Positions 9,053 through 20,354 of a stretch of 64,000 bases of DNA are shown piece by piece. Every line of letters starts with the position of its first letter. Position 1 is the stretch's first letter. Position numbers and translations under genes: made by a program. The DNA lies in NCBI GenBank assembly GCA_963745075.1, contig CAVUWV010000024.1, forward strand, positions 320,001 through 384,000. Direction: 5' to 3'. This stretch comes from Candidatus Hydrogenedentota bacterium. GTDB taxonomy: Bacteria; Hydrogenedentota; Hydrogenedentia; Hydrogenedentales; SLHB01. The notes beneath the pieces are model-generated. The model ran no database searches. It was not told the DNA's origin and saw nothing but the letters and a program-made list of their open reading frames with translations.

Positions 9053-10333
9053 ATGCGACGAGACAGACTGAGCCGAAGACAGTTCTTGACCCGGAGCGCG
9101 GCGGGCGTCGCTGCCGGTGTGGCAGGCGCGCGTGCGGCGCGGGCGACGGTCGGACCGAACGACAAGGTGCGGCTGGGCGTCATCGGCTGCGGAGGCATGG
9201 GTAGCCGGCACATTGCAGCGCTGGCGAAGAATCCCAATTGCACGATGGTCGCGCTATGCGACGTGTACAAGCCCCGGTACATGAAGGCCTGCGAAGCGGT
9301 GGGGGAGACCACCGGCAGCAAGCCGGACGGGTATCAGGATTATCGTTACGTGCTCGACCGCGCCGATGTCGACGCGATATTCGTCCCCACGCCGGACCAT
9401 TGGCATCCCTTGATTACCATTCACGGGTGCCAGGCCTGGAAAGACGTTTACGTGGAAAAACCCGCGTGCCCGACCGTCGCGGAAGGGCGGGCCATGGTCG
9501 AGGCGGCGCGCCGTTTTGGCCGCATCGTCCAACTGGGCACGCAACAGCGCTCCATGCCCATCTTTCAGGAAGCCATCGAGATCGTAAAAAGTGGCGCCTT
9601 GGGCACGATAACTTCTGCCGGTTGCTGGATTGGCACGAACGATTGGGGTGAAGGCTACGAAGTTCAGCCCGTGCCCGAAGGCCTCGATTGGGACCTCTGG
9701 CTCGGCCCATCACCGTATGAACCGTTCAGCCCACAGCGGTTCTCCGGGTTCATGGGCTGCCACGACTACGCCCGCGGCGGCCAGTTGACGAATTGGGGCG
9801 TCCACCTCATGGACATCGCCCAGTGGGGCATCGGCAAGGATCGGCCGCTCAGCGTTCAATCCATGGGGAACAGCAACGGCGGCGCCCCCGGCAGCGACAA
9901 CTATCACGTCATCGAGGTTCTACTCGAATACGAGGGCTGCAATGTCACGTGGGAACAGCGTCCCTCTGACATCCGATCAGGCAGCGGCTACGGGATCCGA
10001 TTCCAGGGTGAAAAGGGCCGGCTGTATGTGGACCGTAACCGCTACATTGTCGAGCCGGCCGACCTCGGCTACGGCGAGAAGATCGGCGCTCCGGAACTCA
10101 GTTGGGCCAACGACGACCATCACAACAATTTCTTCGAGTGCGTTAAGACCCGAAAGCGTCCGGTCGCAGAAATCGAGCAAGGCGTGCACTCGACGATCCC
10201 CGTGCTGCTTGCGGGCATCGCATTGAAAACTGGACGCAAAATGTTCTGGGACGGCGATGCGGAACAGTTCATTAACGACGACGACGCCAACCGGTACCTG
10301 ACCCGCTCGTACCGGTATCCGTGGCGGTTTTGA
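9053..10333 (+). CDS. Tat-exported Gfo/Idh/MocA family oxidoreductase
   Basis: SRRQFL Tat motif, GVIGCGGMG, TPDHWH, YVEKP, NWGVHLMD. Confidence 0.92.
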   Translation: MRRDRLSRRQFLTRSAAGVAAGVAGARAARATVGPNDKVRLGVIGCGGMGSRHIAALAKNPNCTMVALCDVYKPRYMKACEAVGETTGSKPDGYQDYRYVLDRADVDAIFVPTPDHWHPLITIHGCQAWKDVYVEKPACPTVAEGRAMVEAARRFGRIVQLGTQQRSMPIFQEAIEIVKSGALGTITSAGCWIGTNDWGEGYEVQPVPEGLDWDLWLGPSPYEPFSPQRFSGFMGCHDYARGGQLTNWGVHLMDIAQWGIGKDRPLSVQSMGNSNGGAPGSDNYHVIEVLLEYEGCNVTWEQRPSDIRSGSGYGIRFQGEKGRLYVDRNRYIVEPADLGYGEKIGAPELSWANDDHHNNFFECVKTRKRPVAEIEQGVHSTIPVLLAGIALKTGRKMFWDGDAEQFINDDDANRYLTRSYRYPWRF

Positions 10334-10344
10334 GGGACGCGTCG

Positions 10345-10419
10345 ATGTTGAATCGTAATAGACGGAATTTCATTCAGTCATCGTCTTTGTTCGTGGCTGC
10401 ATCTGAAAACATGAAAAGA
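10345..10419 (+). pseudogene. Remnant 5' end of a Tat-signal gene, abutting the palindromic repeat
   Basis: GAGGGA RBS, then MLNRNRRNFIQSSSLFVAAS (twin-arginine RRNF), running straight into the repeat at 10420. Confidence 0.4.
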
Positions 10420-10587
10420 ACATCCCCCTTGATCCCCCTTCCAAGGGGGAATGTCGCTCGCCGGCTTCTCTCGTCATTCGCTACGCGTTTGCGACCCACG
10501 TTTAGCCAGGGCAGCGATACGCGCCGCGGAGCGCGCGCGAAAATTCCCCCTTTGAAGGGGGCAGACGCGAAGCGTCGAGGGGGATGT
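10420..10587. repeat. REP/REPIN-like palindromic element (CCCCCTT..AAGGGGG family)
   Basis: acatcccccttgatcccccttccaagggggaat ... attccccctttgaagggggcagacgcgaagcgtcgagggggatgt: two inverted hairpin units with complementary outer ends. Confidence 0.8.
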
Positions 10588-10625
10588 GAATTCGGGGAAA
10601 CTGACGTCCATAAGGAGAGCAACTG

Positions 10626-12716
10626 ATGTTCCTGGCATCCAAGCGCCACTGGGTACTCGTGGCCTTCACGTTGATACTCGCAACAACGTCATTGGCCGAA
10701 GATATCCGCCAACTTGTGGCCGACATCTCCGGTCCCGACATGACGAGGCGCATCCGGGCGCGTCAACTGCTTCCGCGCGAAGGCGTCGAAGCGCTTCCCA
10801 TGCTGTTGCCCATGCTGACAGCGGAAGACCAGGGTGTGCGATACACCGCGCGCAACGTTATCGCCGATATATTGAATGGCGCCGCGGCGCCGGGGCACGA
10901 CGCGGATCAGCTTCTAGCCGCGCGGCTCATGATGGACTGTCTGGCGCCGGGCAGTCCCGACGAGCAGATCCGGCTTGCCTTGCGACTCATTCCCATCGTT
11001 GTGCCCGAAGGCTTTGACGTCGGTCCTGTGGCGGCGTTGCTCATCAATCCGGATTGGAGCGAAAAGGCGCGCGAATGTCTTCAAGCGATCGGGACAAACA
11101 ACGCATGTGTCGCACTAGTGAACGCGCTTCCAAACGCGGACACGGATTTCACCGTTGCTCTTTTGAACGCGATCGGCAAGTTGGAAAAGGCGGATTCGGT
11201 TAAACCGGTGAAGGCGCTCACGTCACATAGCGATCCAGCCGTGCGAGCGGCCGCGGCTATGGCATTGAGCTGGACCGGCGACCCCGACTTGGTGCCCGCA
11301 CTGCGAAGTGTAGCTGCCAAATCCACGCCCGATACGCAGTTCGAAGCCTACGACGCTTTGCTTCGTCTCGCCGATGGTATCGTACGAAATGGCGGGAATT
11401 GGGACCTCGCCATGTCCGTCTACCACTCGGTGCTTGATGCAGCGCCGTCCGGGATCATCGAGGCGGCCGCTGTCAGCGGGCTGGGCCGGTACGGTGACGC
11501 CACCGCGGTCGATGCCATCGTCGGCGCTGCGAAATCGGGCAATCCGCATATGGCCGATACCTGCGTCCAGGCGCTTGCGAGTCTGCAAGGGCGTGAAGCG
11601 GTCGACGCCGTGATTGGTGCCTATCCGAGCCTGCCGGAACCGATGCGCGTCGCCTTGATCAAGGTGTGGGGACAGCGCCACGAGGGTGCGGCGCTGGACC
11701 TGATGAAGGAAGAATTGAATAGCGGCGCTCCTGCGTTGCGCGATGCCGCATTGAAGGCGCTGGCATCCATGGAAAGCATGCAAGCTTTCGCAGCGCTCGT
11801 AGATGTCGCTAAGAACGGAAGCGGCGACGAACAAACCTTCGCCCTGGCATCGGTGAAGAATATGGCGGGTTCAATGGGCGAGGCCGGCGACGCGCACGCC
11901 GCGGGGAAGGCTTACATGCAGCTCTTTGACCTCGCGGACGACGACGCGTTGCGGAACACGTGCCTGCAAGGGTTGGCGCGCTACCCGGTCGCCGACGCCT
12001 ACGACATCGTCAAGACCGCCCTCGGCAATCCTGCTCTTAAGGACGCCGCGGCCAACGCTATCGTTTCGGTAGCCGGTGTCGTGGCCGCTACAGACAAGAA
12101 TCGCGCCAAAGAGGCCATTGACCTTGTGCGCAGCTCCAATGCATCGCCGGAAGTCCTCGTCCAGCTTGCACAGCGATTGCAGGGCGCCGGCGTTCCCGCC
12201 GACTTTGCGAATCTGCTCGGCTTTGTGCGCGGTTGGTACGTCATTGGGCCCTTCGACTGGAAGGACGATGCCGACTGGGATCGTGCCTTCGTAAACGAAC
12301 CCAACGTCGATCCAACGACCACTGTCCAAGCCGGTGACAAGACGCTGAAGTGGAAGACCGTTCGCACGCTGGATCCGCTTGGGATGGTCAATCTCGCCGG
12401 GGAAGTCGGACAGTTCGACCGGAAGTTTGCGTATGCCTACGCGGTGATCGACGTGCCCGAAGAAACCGACGCTCAACTCCGTCTCGGTTCCGATGACGGC
12501 GACAAGGTCTGGCTCAACGGGAAAGTCGTCTGGGAGAACCGCGTAGACCGCGGCGCCGCGCTGGATCAAGATGTCGTCGACGTTCACCTCGCGAAAGGTC
12601 CGAACCGGATCCTTGTCAAGATCAGCCAAGGCGGGGGTGGCTGGAATTTCAATTTGCGCGTCGCCCAAACCAACGGCGGTGGCGCGGAGTTTACGCAGGT
12701 CGACCCGAAGGGGTAA
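10626..12716 (+). CDS. Secreted HEAT-repeat protein with C-terminal PA14-like beta-sandwich
   Basis: Signal peptide, repeated VRxAAAxAL helices, C-terminal WYVIGPF...LGSDDGDKVWLNG...GPNRILVKI. Confidence 0.8.
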   Translation: MFLASKRHWVLVAFTLILATTSLAEDIRQLVADISGPDMTRRIRARQLLPREGVEALPMLLPMLTAEDQGVRYTARNVIADILNGAAAPGHDADQLLAARLMMDCLAPGSPDEQIRLALRLIPIVVPEGFDVGPVAALLINPDWSEKARECLQAIGTNNACVALVNALPNADTDFTVALLNAIGKLEKADSVKPVKALTSHSDPAVRAAAAMALSWTGDPDLVPALRSVAAKSTPDTQFEAYDALLRLADGIVRNGGNWDLAMSVYHSVLDAAPSGIIEAAAVSGLGRYGDATAVDAIVGAAKSGNPHMADTCVQALASLQGREAVDAVIGAYPSLPEPMRVALIKVWGQRHEGAALDLMKEELNSGAPALRDAALKALASMESMQAFAALVDVAKNGSGDEQTFALASVKNMAGSMGEAGDAHAAGKAYMQLFDLADDDALRNTCLQGLARYPVADAYDIVKTALGNPALKDAAANAIVSVAGVVAATDKNRAKEAIDLVRSSNASPEVLVQLAQRLQGAGVPADFANLLGFVRGWYVIGPFDWKDDADWDRAFVNEPNVDPTTTVQAGDKTLKWKTVRTLDPLGMVNLAGEVGQFDRKFAYAYAVIDVPEETDAQLRLGSDDGDKVWLNGKVVWENRVDRGAALDQDVVDVHLAKGPNRILVKISQGGGGWNFNLRVAQTNGGGAEFTQVDPKG

Positions 12717-12721
12717 ATAGG

Positions 12722-12799
12722 AACAATAGAACGCGGATGACGCGGATTGAACGGATTCGCGCCGATCAATTAAATCCGCGTCATCCGCGTTCTATTGTT
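12722..12799. repeat. Perfect 27-bp inverted repeat built from 9-mers (ACGCGGATG); likely bidirectional terminator or REP
   Basis: aacaatagaacgcggatgacgcggatt (12722-12748) and its exact reverse complement (12773-12799), between convergent genes. Confidence 0.85.
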
Positions 12800-15252
12800 T
12801 GTGAAACTCCAGCGCCACGAGCGTATCCAAAAGTTCGCGACGGACTTGGTCCGCCACGGTGCGGTCACATTTCGCCTTCCACCAGAAGCCCGCGTCGGAT
12901 TCATACGCCGCGCACACACGTTTGGGCGCTTCGTCGAGTAGCTTTTCCGCGTCGCTGATAGTCGTTTGATTGACGCCACGCTGTGCCGCACCGGCGATCG
13001 CTTCCTGCAGCATCGCCAAGTATTCGTAATCCTCAACGCTTTCCCGGATCGCTTCCATATGCTTCCCTGCGGTCACCGAGGTCGCATCCAGGAAGACGGG
13101 CGTGTATGCCGTCCGTTGCCCTGCGTATTCGTTCCACGAGGAGCCGCCGCCGTCGTCCCCGAAGGCCCAGAAGTACGACGCCTTCGCGCTGTATTGCCAA
13201 CACGTCCACGCCTGCAACCGGCAGTACAGATAGGGATCGAGCAAGCGCATCGGCCCGCTGCACGAGTAGAATTCGAGCGTCCGCCCGTTCTCCCGCTGCG
13301 TGACATACAGTTGGCGCGACGCCTCGCTGCACCGCAAGAAGATGGGGCGATTGGGACAGAGCACGTCGCACAGTTCCAACATCTCAGGTGTGGCTTCTGT
13401 GATTTCACGATAGGTCGGATCTTCCCAGATGCGGATGCCCGTGTTCGCCTCGCGCAGCGCTTTTCCCCACGCGATAATGACCGCGTCCTGTTCCGCCGCA
13501 TGGGGTTCGTCGACCAGCAACACCGCAAACTGTTCCGGCTTCAGGCCACGACTCTTGATGTGATCCGCCCAGAACGTGAACCACGCCTGTGCCGCGCGGT
13601 TAAACTCCGGCGACCCCATGGGCATCGAACTCAGGTGGTCGCCTACCGACGCAAACACGCAATACTGTGCTGCGCCCGGCCACCGGTCGATCCATGCATC
13701 GAAGTGGCTGGTATCCGGCGGTTCCGTCATGTTGCCGTCGGAATCAAACGTCCCGCGCGGCATGGTCGCGCTCGTTCCCCACGGTGAATCGACAAAGTGC
13801 GCGCGCAGATGCGCAATGAGCGCTTCGCGGTTTTCCGGCGTAACCATGTACTGGCTCGGCTGGTCGGTATAATCCCAGCCGCCCACGTGCAGCCGCGGGT
13901 GCACGGGAAACTGGAACGGATAGACCGTCAACGTAACCGGAACGCGGAGCGCAGGAAGGCCGTTCGCCTCGACAACGATTGCACCTTCGTACGTGTCCGG
14001 CTTTAGGTCGGTCGGATGAAAGGTCAGCCAAACCTGTTGCGTTAAGCCGGGCGTAACGTCGATGCGGTAACCGTTATTCGTCCGATTTGCTTCCGGCAAG
14101 GCCGCGGCAACGGGTACCATCGTCTTCGTATCGGTCCATACAACCTTGTGCACGGTGATGTACGGTGGCATCGCACCGCCCGGCAACCCTTCGAACCGAA
14201 TGGTTGCGGCGATCGGTTGTTGTGTTGCGTTGCTGAGATTAAAGGAGCCCGCGCGGAATTCGCCGTTCATCGTGCAGACCTCGACATGTGGGGACGGACC
14301 GTCAGAAATGGGACCGAGATAGGATAGGGTATCCCACAACGGCGACTGCCAGACGGATAACGGCTTTTGTCCGGCGGCCTCCCATAAGCGCGCCTGCACG
14401 TCAAACACCCGCGCGTGGAGATCGTTCAGCGGAAGTATGGCTTTGAAATCCGGCCCGAAATCGGCGGGCAGGTCGTTGAGCCCGGCTGCTACGGCATCCA
14501 ATTCCTTCTCAAGCGTCGTTCGTAACGCATCGTCCAGGTCCGCATCATTTACCGCGGTTCGCATATCCGCCACGTCCTGCGAGATGCGCCGCTCCACGGA
14601 CACGCGCACGCTCAGCCGTTTCATATAAGCCGGAATGTCTTTCACGCCCTCACCGGTAAGGGGAGCGGCAGTTCCACGCCGGATCACCCGCGTACACCTC
14701 GACCTCGTCTACGAACGTGTACGGTTCCGCCAACACGGCGAAGGCGACGTACCGGCCATGGGTATGCAGCGCATCCGTCCAATACCGGTGTGTCGCGTAG
14801 CCTTCTTGCGGCGGCGTGGACTCGTTTGCGCTCAGCGATACGAGATCCCCAATCCAGTGGAAAACGTGGTCCTCGTCTGCAACAAAGAGATAGATGCCTG
14901 CCGGCCAGAATACACCCGCCGTGCCGGCGGCCGTCCGCAGCGAAGCCCCGCGAATCGGCTGAACCGAACCCAGGTCTACCGTGATCACGACCGGTTTTGC
15001 GTGCTGCCAACCCACGGTCGAGGGTTGCGTCCAGAAGTATCCGTTTGAATACACACCGTCGGTGAGTTGCGTCGCGTCCCCTTCGTCCGTGCAGTACCGG
15101 TAACTCGGCCGCGGCGTCATTGTGTAGGGTTTGTGTAGCGCGATGTTCTCCGACGGTCGCGCATATGCGGCCGGATCGTCGGCTGCCTGCCCGAAGGCGT
15201 GCGGCACGATAGTGGATAAGAAACAAATCGTAATTGCAGCTGTTCTTAACAT
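12792..15252 (-). CDS. Secreted protein with N-terminal discoidin-like domain and GH123/DUF4091-like C-terminus; one frameshift near 14670
   Basis: ORFs 14650-15252 and 12792-14687 join by a +1 shift (..DPAW|TAAPLTGEG..); NIALHKPY, ITVDLG, VDEP, EAIRESVEDYEYL. Confidence 0.7.
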
Positions 15253-15353
15253 GGTATTATGCTCCCCTGGATATACCAGTCGCTTGGGTCAAGCGGGCAG
15301 CCGAGATTTCGTTTCCCAGCATGACAAGCCGCTCTGCGCCCGGCAAAACAGTA

Positions 15354-15381
15354 TGATATACTGAACGTGCAATTGCACGTT
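15354..15381 (+). promoter_or_regulatory. Extended -10 box plus perfect 18-bp palindromic operator upstream of the TA pair
   Basis: TGaTATACT (15354-15362) followed by AACGTGCAATTGCACGTT (15364-15381). Confidence 0.6.
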
Positions 15382-15403
15382 GGTACGAACGAGGTGTGGA
15401 CCC

Positions 15404-15604
15404 GTGAGCGAGCTTGAACAACTGGAGGAACGCGTGCGGCTGCTGTCGCGAGCCGACTTGGCAGTTTTTCGCAAATGGTTCCTGGACTACGACGAACACA
15501 TCTGGGATCAACAGATCGCGCAAGACGCCGAAAGCGGTCGGCTCGACGCTTTCGTGGAAGAAGCCAAGGCGGAGTATAAGCGGGGGGATACCCGGGAACC
15601 GTGA
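15404..15604 (+). CDS. Putative antitoxin (small acidic helical protein)
   Basis: GAGGTG RBS, GTG start, WDQQIAQDAESGRLD motif, GTGA overlap with the toxin gene. Confidence 0.75.
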   Translation: MSELEQLEERVRLLSRADLAVFRKWFLDYDEHIWDQQIAQDAESGRLDAFVEEAKAEYKRGDTREP

Positions 15605-15858
15605 CTCATCGTACGACCTCCCGGTTTTGGGCTTGTTACGAATCGCTGCCCACAGACATACAAAAGCTTGCCGACAAGAACTTCGAGTTACTCAAATCCG
15701 ATCCTGCCCACCCGTCGCTACATCTGAAGCGTATTCAGAACCTCTGGTCCGTGCGAATCAGGCAAGGCTATCGAGCGCTCGGCATCGCGACAGACAACGG
15801 GATCTGCTGGCACTGGATCGGCACCCATGCAGAATACGACAAACTCCTCGCACGGTGA
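15601..15858 (+). CDS. RelE/ParE-like toxin
   Basis: TTSRFWACYESLP...DPAHPSLHLKRI..LWSVRI..GYRAL...WHWIGTHAEYDKL. Confidence 0.82.
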   Translation: MTHRTTSRFWACYESLPTDIQKLADKNFELLKSDPAHPSLHLKRIQNLWSVRIRQGYRALGIATDNGICWHWIGTHAEYDKLLAR

Positions 15859-15896
15859 CGGTGTTTGTCGGTCAATTTGAGGATTGGGTCCGAGAC

Positions 15897-18800
15897 TTAT
15901 GAAGTCATGTTGCCGCCCTTTAGCCAACGATCCAGCCAGTCGAACGCTTCCGCCTGCATCGCCGCATTGAATTCGTGCGGCACCGGCCACAGTTTTGTGA
16001 CCAGCCGGTCGTCCACGCCTTGGGATGTCCAGACATCGTGCATCTTCTTGTACGCGTTATCCACTCCCGCGACGGGAAACAGCCCATCCTCCGTGCCGTT
16101 GAAGAACAGCATCGGTTTCGGGCACGCGATGGACGCTACGTCCGGGTAGTCCAGCGCATCCCGAATGCCGGGATGTATCATGCTGTAGCTGGAGTACCCT
16201 TTGGTCTGGTTGTTTCCCGGGCTCGTCAACGTAGGCGTGTCGCCCATCCAACAGATGGCAACGCCCGCCTTGATGATGTCCGTCGCCGCCGCAAGGCTCC
16301 ATGACCGGTGCGAACCCATGGATAGCCCCATACATCCGATGCGATCCGGATCGACTTGCGGGAGACTCTGCACAAATTGCGCGCTGCGGATGTCGTCCCA
16401 AACCATCGATCCGGCCCAGGACTGGCCCAGTTGCAGCATGTTCGCGCCCAGTGCCTGTTGGTCTTCGTACTTGACGCCACCGTACCGCCCGCGATCGCCC
16501 CAGAACAACGCATCCGTTGCGAATACGATGTAGCCGCGCTTCGCCATCTCGTCGCCGATATACCTTCCCTCGTAGCATTTGCCGACCCAGTCCTCCGCGT
16601 CGGCGATGCGCTCGCCTGGCTCGTCAAAAGGTCGAATAACCTTTTCCTTGCCGATGGAGAAGTGTGCGCCGTGATCGTGGAGCGCGACAACCGCAGGAAA
16701 TGGACCTTGGCCTTTCGGAATGAGCAGGTACGCCTTGACTCGCTCATCCGCGGAGATGTTGAACGCGAGCTTTTGCGCGATGTAGCTGCCACGATCCTCT
16801 TCGCCGATGACCTCCGGTGCAAACGGCGCGCGTGGGGGAGGAGGCTGCAAGGTTTTGAGATAGGTGCTTCGCGCGCGTTCTCGCCATTCATCGAACGGCA
16901 CGTCCGCATGCTCCCACGCCAGCGGATACTTCATGCGCTGGACCCGGGGCGTGTTGAAGGAGGGAAGAAAATCGCGAACCCCATAATCCGCCGTCCGCGA
17001 GAGTTCTTGCGGAGCCGACGGAAGCGTATCGTGCCAGCGCGTTACGTCGTGCTCGTAACGCGCTTTCACGTCATCGAGTGATCCTTTGAACAAGTACACA
17101 TTCACCCGCATCGTCGTTGGTCCATCCGGATTCAGCGGCATCGGCCCCTGCGAATGCATGCACCGATGCGACGCGGCCGCATTGTTGCAGATGCTGTTTG
17201 CGTGCTCACCAGCCGTGGCGACAGTCCAGGCACCGTCCGAACTCACGCACGCCATAATCGGCACGTCCGGACGCGGATTCTGTATCGTCTTCCAGCCGCT
17301 CTTCGCCATGTCCCCGGTCATATCGGGAGAATCGACGCCATTCACGTACTGCACGTTCCGGGGGTTCCCATCTGCGCAGGATGCGAGACTGGTCCACGCG
17401 CCGTTTGAAAGAAACCACATGCGGCTCATGAGATCCGCTTCGTCTCCCTCGAATAGTCCGCCCTTCATCTGTAGACACGGTCCCACGGCAAACGAGTCGG
17501 GGGCTTCCGCATCTGGTTTCGGCCAGACGGTGTACGCGCATTCGAGGTAGTCGATGTGCGGGGTGAACTGGGCCGTGAACGTGGCTTCCGGCCTGTCGAT
17601 CGTGTACGCGACCGCGCTCGTGTGCTCGTCGTGTTTCCAGTCGATGGCCATGCCGCCGAGTTCCTCCTGCGCGTATCCGAGATTTGGAAACGACACCCAC
17701 TCCGGTCCCCAGAGGGTGATGCTTGCGTTCGGATCAGCGGGGCGTTCTACCCGCAGGAAGGAACCCGCTTCCTGGGGCGTCAGTTTTAATCGACGGTCAT
17801 CGACCCGCGCTAATACTTTGCTTAGCGCGTCGTTCCGTATGGAAGAGCCGTTCTGCCGGACGGTGCGCGAGGTAGAACCGTAACACCTCGCCCCAGTAGA
17901 CTAGCCCTTCCGGTGGGGCGCCTCCAACACTAACGCCACCTTCGGTGTAATCGCGCGACGGATCGCGGTCCGCGGGCTTCTTGTAGAGGTCGTAGATAGT
18001 CTTGCCCTCGGGGATCGCGCCGGTCGTTCCTTCCCACCCGGACAGCCCACTGAGGATTGCGCCCGTTTTACGGAATCCCTCGATTCGGCCCTGCAGCATC
18101 CGTTCGATTGCGTTCAGCAAGTTACCGATATCCTCGCCGCGTTCCTCGAGCACAGTGGCCGCCCGGACCAGTTGGGCGGAATGCTCCATGCCTTGACTGA
18201 TGATGACGCCGCTGCTGCGGGGATGCGGATACCGCCAACCGCCCACGGGGTCCTGCGACTCCGCCATGAAATCGGCGACCGCGCGGATCACGTCGTGGAG
18301 TTTGGGCTCGTCCGGGTAGTCCTTCAGTAATTCCGGAAGTCCAGCCAATCCGTAGCCGATGATGTACGGTTTGGCGAACGGCGCCTCGTAGCCGTGCTGA
18401 TCGTCGTCAATGAACGGACCGTCCTTCACAATCGGCTGTCCGCCCTGGCTGAACAGATCGCCTTCCGATAATTTTTCACGCAGTTCGCGAAACAGTCGCA
18501 ACGCTTCGTCCTGGTACATGGGCGCACCGGTGAAGCGATACAACCGCATGAAATCGATGACGTCCCCGATGTTCCGGCACTCGCCCGTGTTGGTGTGAAT
18601 GAAACCCTTTGCGTAATTGACCTGCGCGTTCAGGGCGGTGAGCATGCGCGGGTCGCCGGTTTCTTCGTACGCGTAGAAGAAGGAGTCGTAGCCTTTGGTG
18701 CAGAAGTGTGACGACCAGTTCGTGCGCCACAAGTAGCTCGTGTCGCCTTCGTGCTGTTTCTCATTAGCTGCCACCGCAGCGTTGTACCGTGTGCCGCCGA

Positions 18801-20184
18801 AGTCTGGGGTATCGCCCCACCAGATGCTCGCGTCGTACATGTTCGAGCACCACAGCACCGCCGTCTCGCGCAATGCTTCGCTGGAAGCGCGATAGGATTC
18901 TTCAAAGATCGCAGGACAGTGATTCAGCCGGTTCATGCCGTAGTAACTGGCTGGTCCGCCAAGGTTGAACGACGTTACGTTCCCGTAGTCGTCCCCGCGC
19001 AGAGCGCTCGCTGCAATCGCGTTCCGGTGGAAGATTTGCGCGTCGTCAAGCAAGGGATACAAGGCCAGGTCCGGTGATTCACCCATGTTGTATATCGCGT
19101 CGAAATGTCCCGGCGCAATGCGCGTTTCCAAACCGGGTTCCAACAGTGCGTTCATTGGCGTGTGGTCGGCTTTTCCTATGGCGAATGCCGCCCGCCGCCA
19201 TGCCGTGGATTGAAACGGGACCTTGTCAGCTTCACTGCACCGCACATATTTGAGCACGCTCTTGCCGTCGACACTGTTAACTGCGACATGGCCCTTTAGT
19301 GTCAAGGGCGCCACGGGGAAGTCGACTTTCATGGCGCCGCCATTCACGGTAACGGCGTACGGTTGTCCATCGGCGAACCCATGGTCCGGACAGTCGGGAA
19401 GACTCAGCCCTTCGATACGCCAGCCAAGTTCCGGCGCGTATTCATCGCCTTCGGCCATCCGTTGGATGTGGGCTTGCACGACAACGGTACCTTCGCTGTC
19501 CATCCGAATCTCGATAATTCGCGGCCATGTTGCATCGGGCACGAGCAGACGTGCCCAGACGTAATTTGAACCGGACTCGACAATCTCACACTCTCCTGGA
19601 TCGGCTTGCGTTTGTTCCGGGGCCACGAGGTGTGCATTCCACGAGGTACCGTTGTCGCTCTGACACGAGATGGAATCCGGGCGGAGCACCACGGACGTGA
19701 CGCCGAGGCGAAAGGAGTATCCCTGATTCACCGGCGTGGGTGTGATGGTCGTTGGCGGAGTGGTGTTGCGCAGCGCAAGTTTGAAAATGACCGGGCTCTC
19801 GTCGGTAAACATGTAGGGAAACGTCACAATACCGCGCCGAACGCTCTGCGGTTTGCCGGGGTGCAACGTCAAGACGCGCAGGTCTGCGTCGATGGTTATG
19901 TCACCGGAACGCGCGGTTAGCCCCATCCCTGCCGGAAGTGCCGCCGTCGCGAAGGGCAGCGATATGCGCACGAGGCGGTTACCGGGCCGGTCAGGGACTA
20001 CCGTGAATGATGGCAGGACCCCGACTTCCCCGGCGCAAACGCCGGAATCCGCCACGAGCGGATCTCCGAAACGAAAATGCTCCAACCACTGTTTAGCGTG
20101 CTGCTGTTCGGCAAGACTGGTTTCCAAAGTGAATGCCGACACTGCGGCGAGCAGCGCCATGAGTCCAATGCCTTGTACTCGCAT
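15897..20184 (-). CDS. Large (~1430 aa) secreted multidomain protein: probable alpha/alpha-barrel region plus C-terminal alpha/beta hydrolase; one frameshift near 17836
   Basis: Removing one base at ..CAT ACG G AAC GAC.. gives continuous NDALSKVLARVDDRRLKL...GPEWVSFPN into the 599-aa ORF; C-terminal GLSMG nucleophile elbow, NGTEDGLF, PHEF. Confidence 0.75.
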
Positions 20185-20354
20185 ATAGAATTCTCCAGCC
20201 CAAGTACTTTGACACGATGATAGGGGTTTTGAACTCAGGATGGAACTCTTGCGTCGGGCGACGCGCTCAGCGCATAGCAATGCGAGCCGGACTTCGGAGA
20301 GAGTTTAAGGACAATCTGCCGGTATGATATGTTCCGTTGCGAGGAGACATGTCT

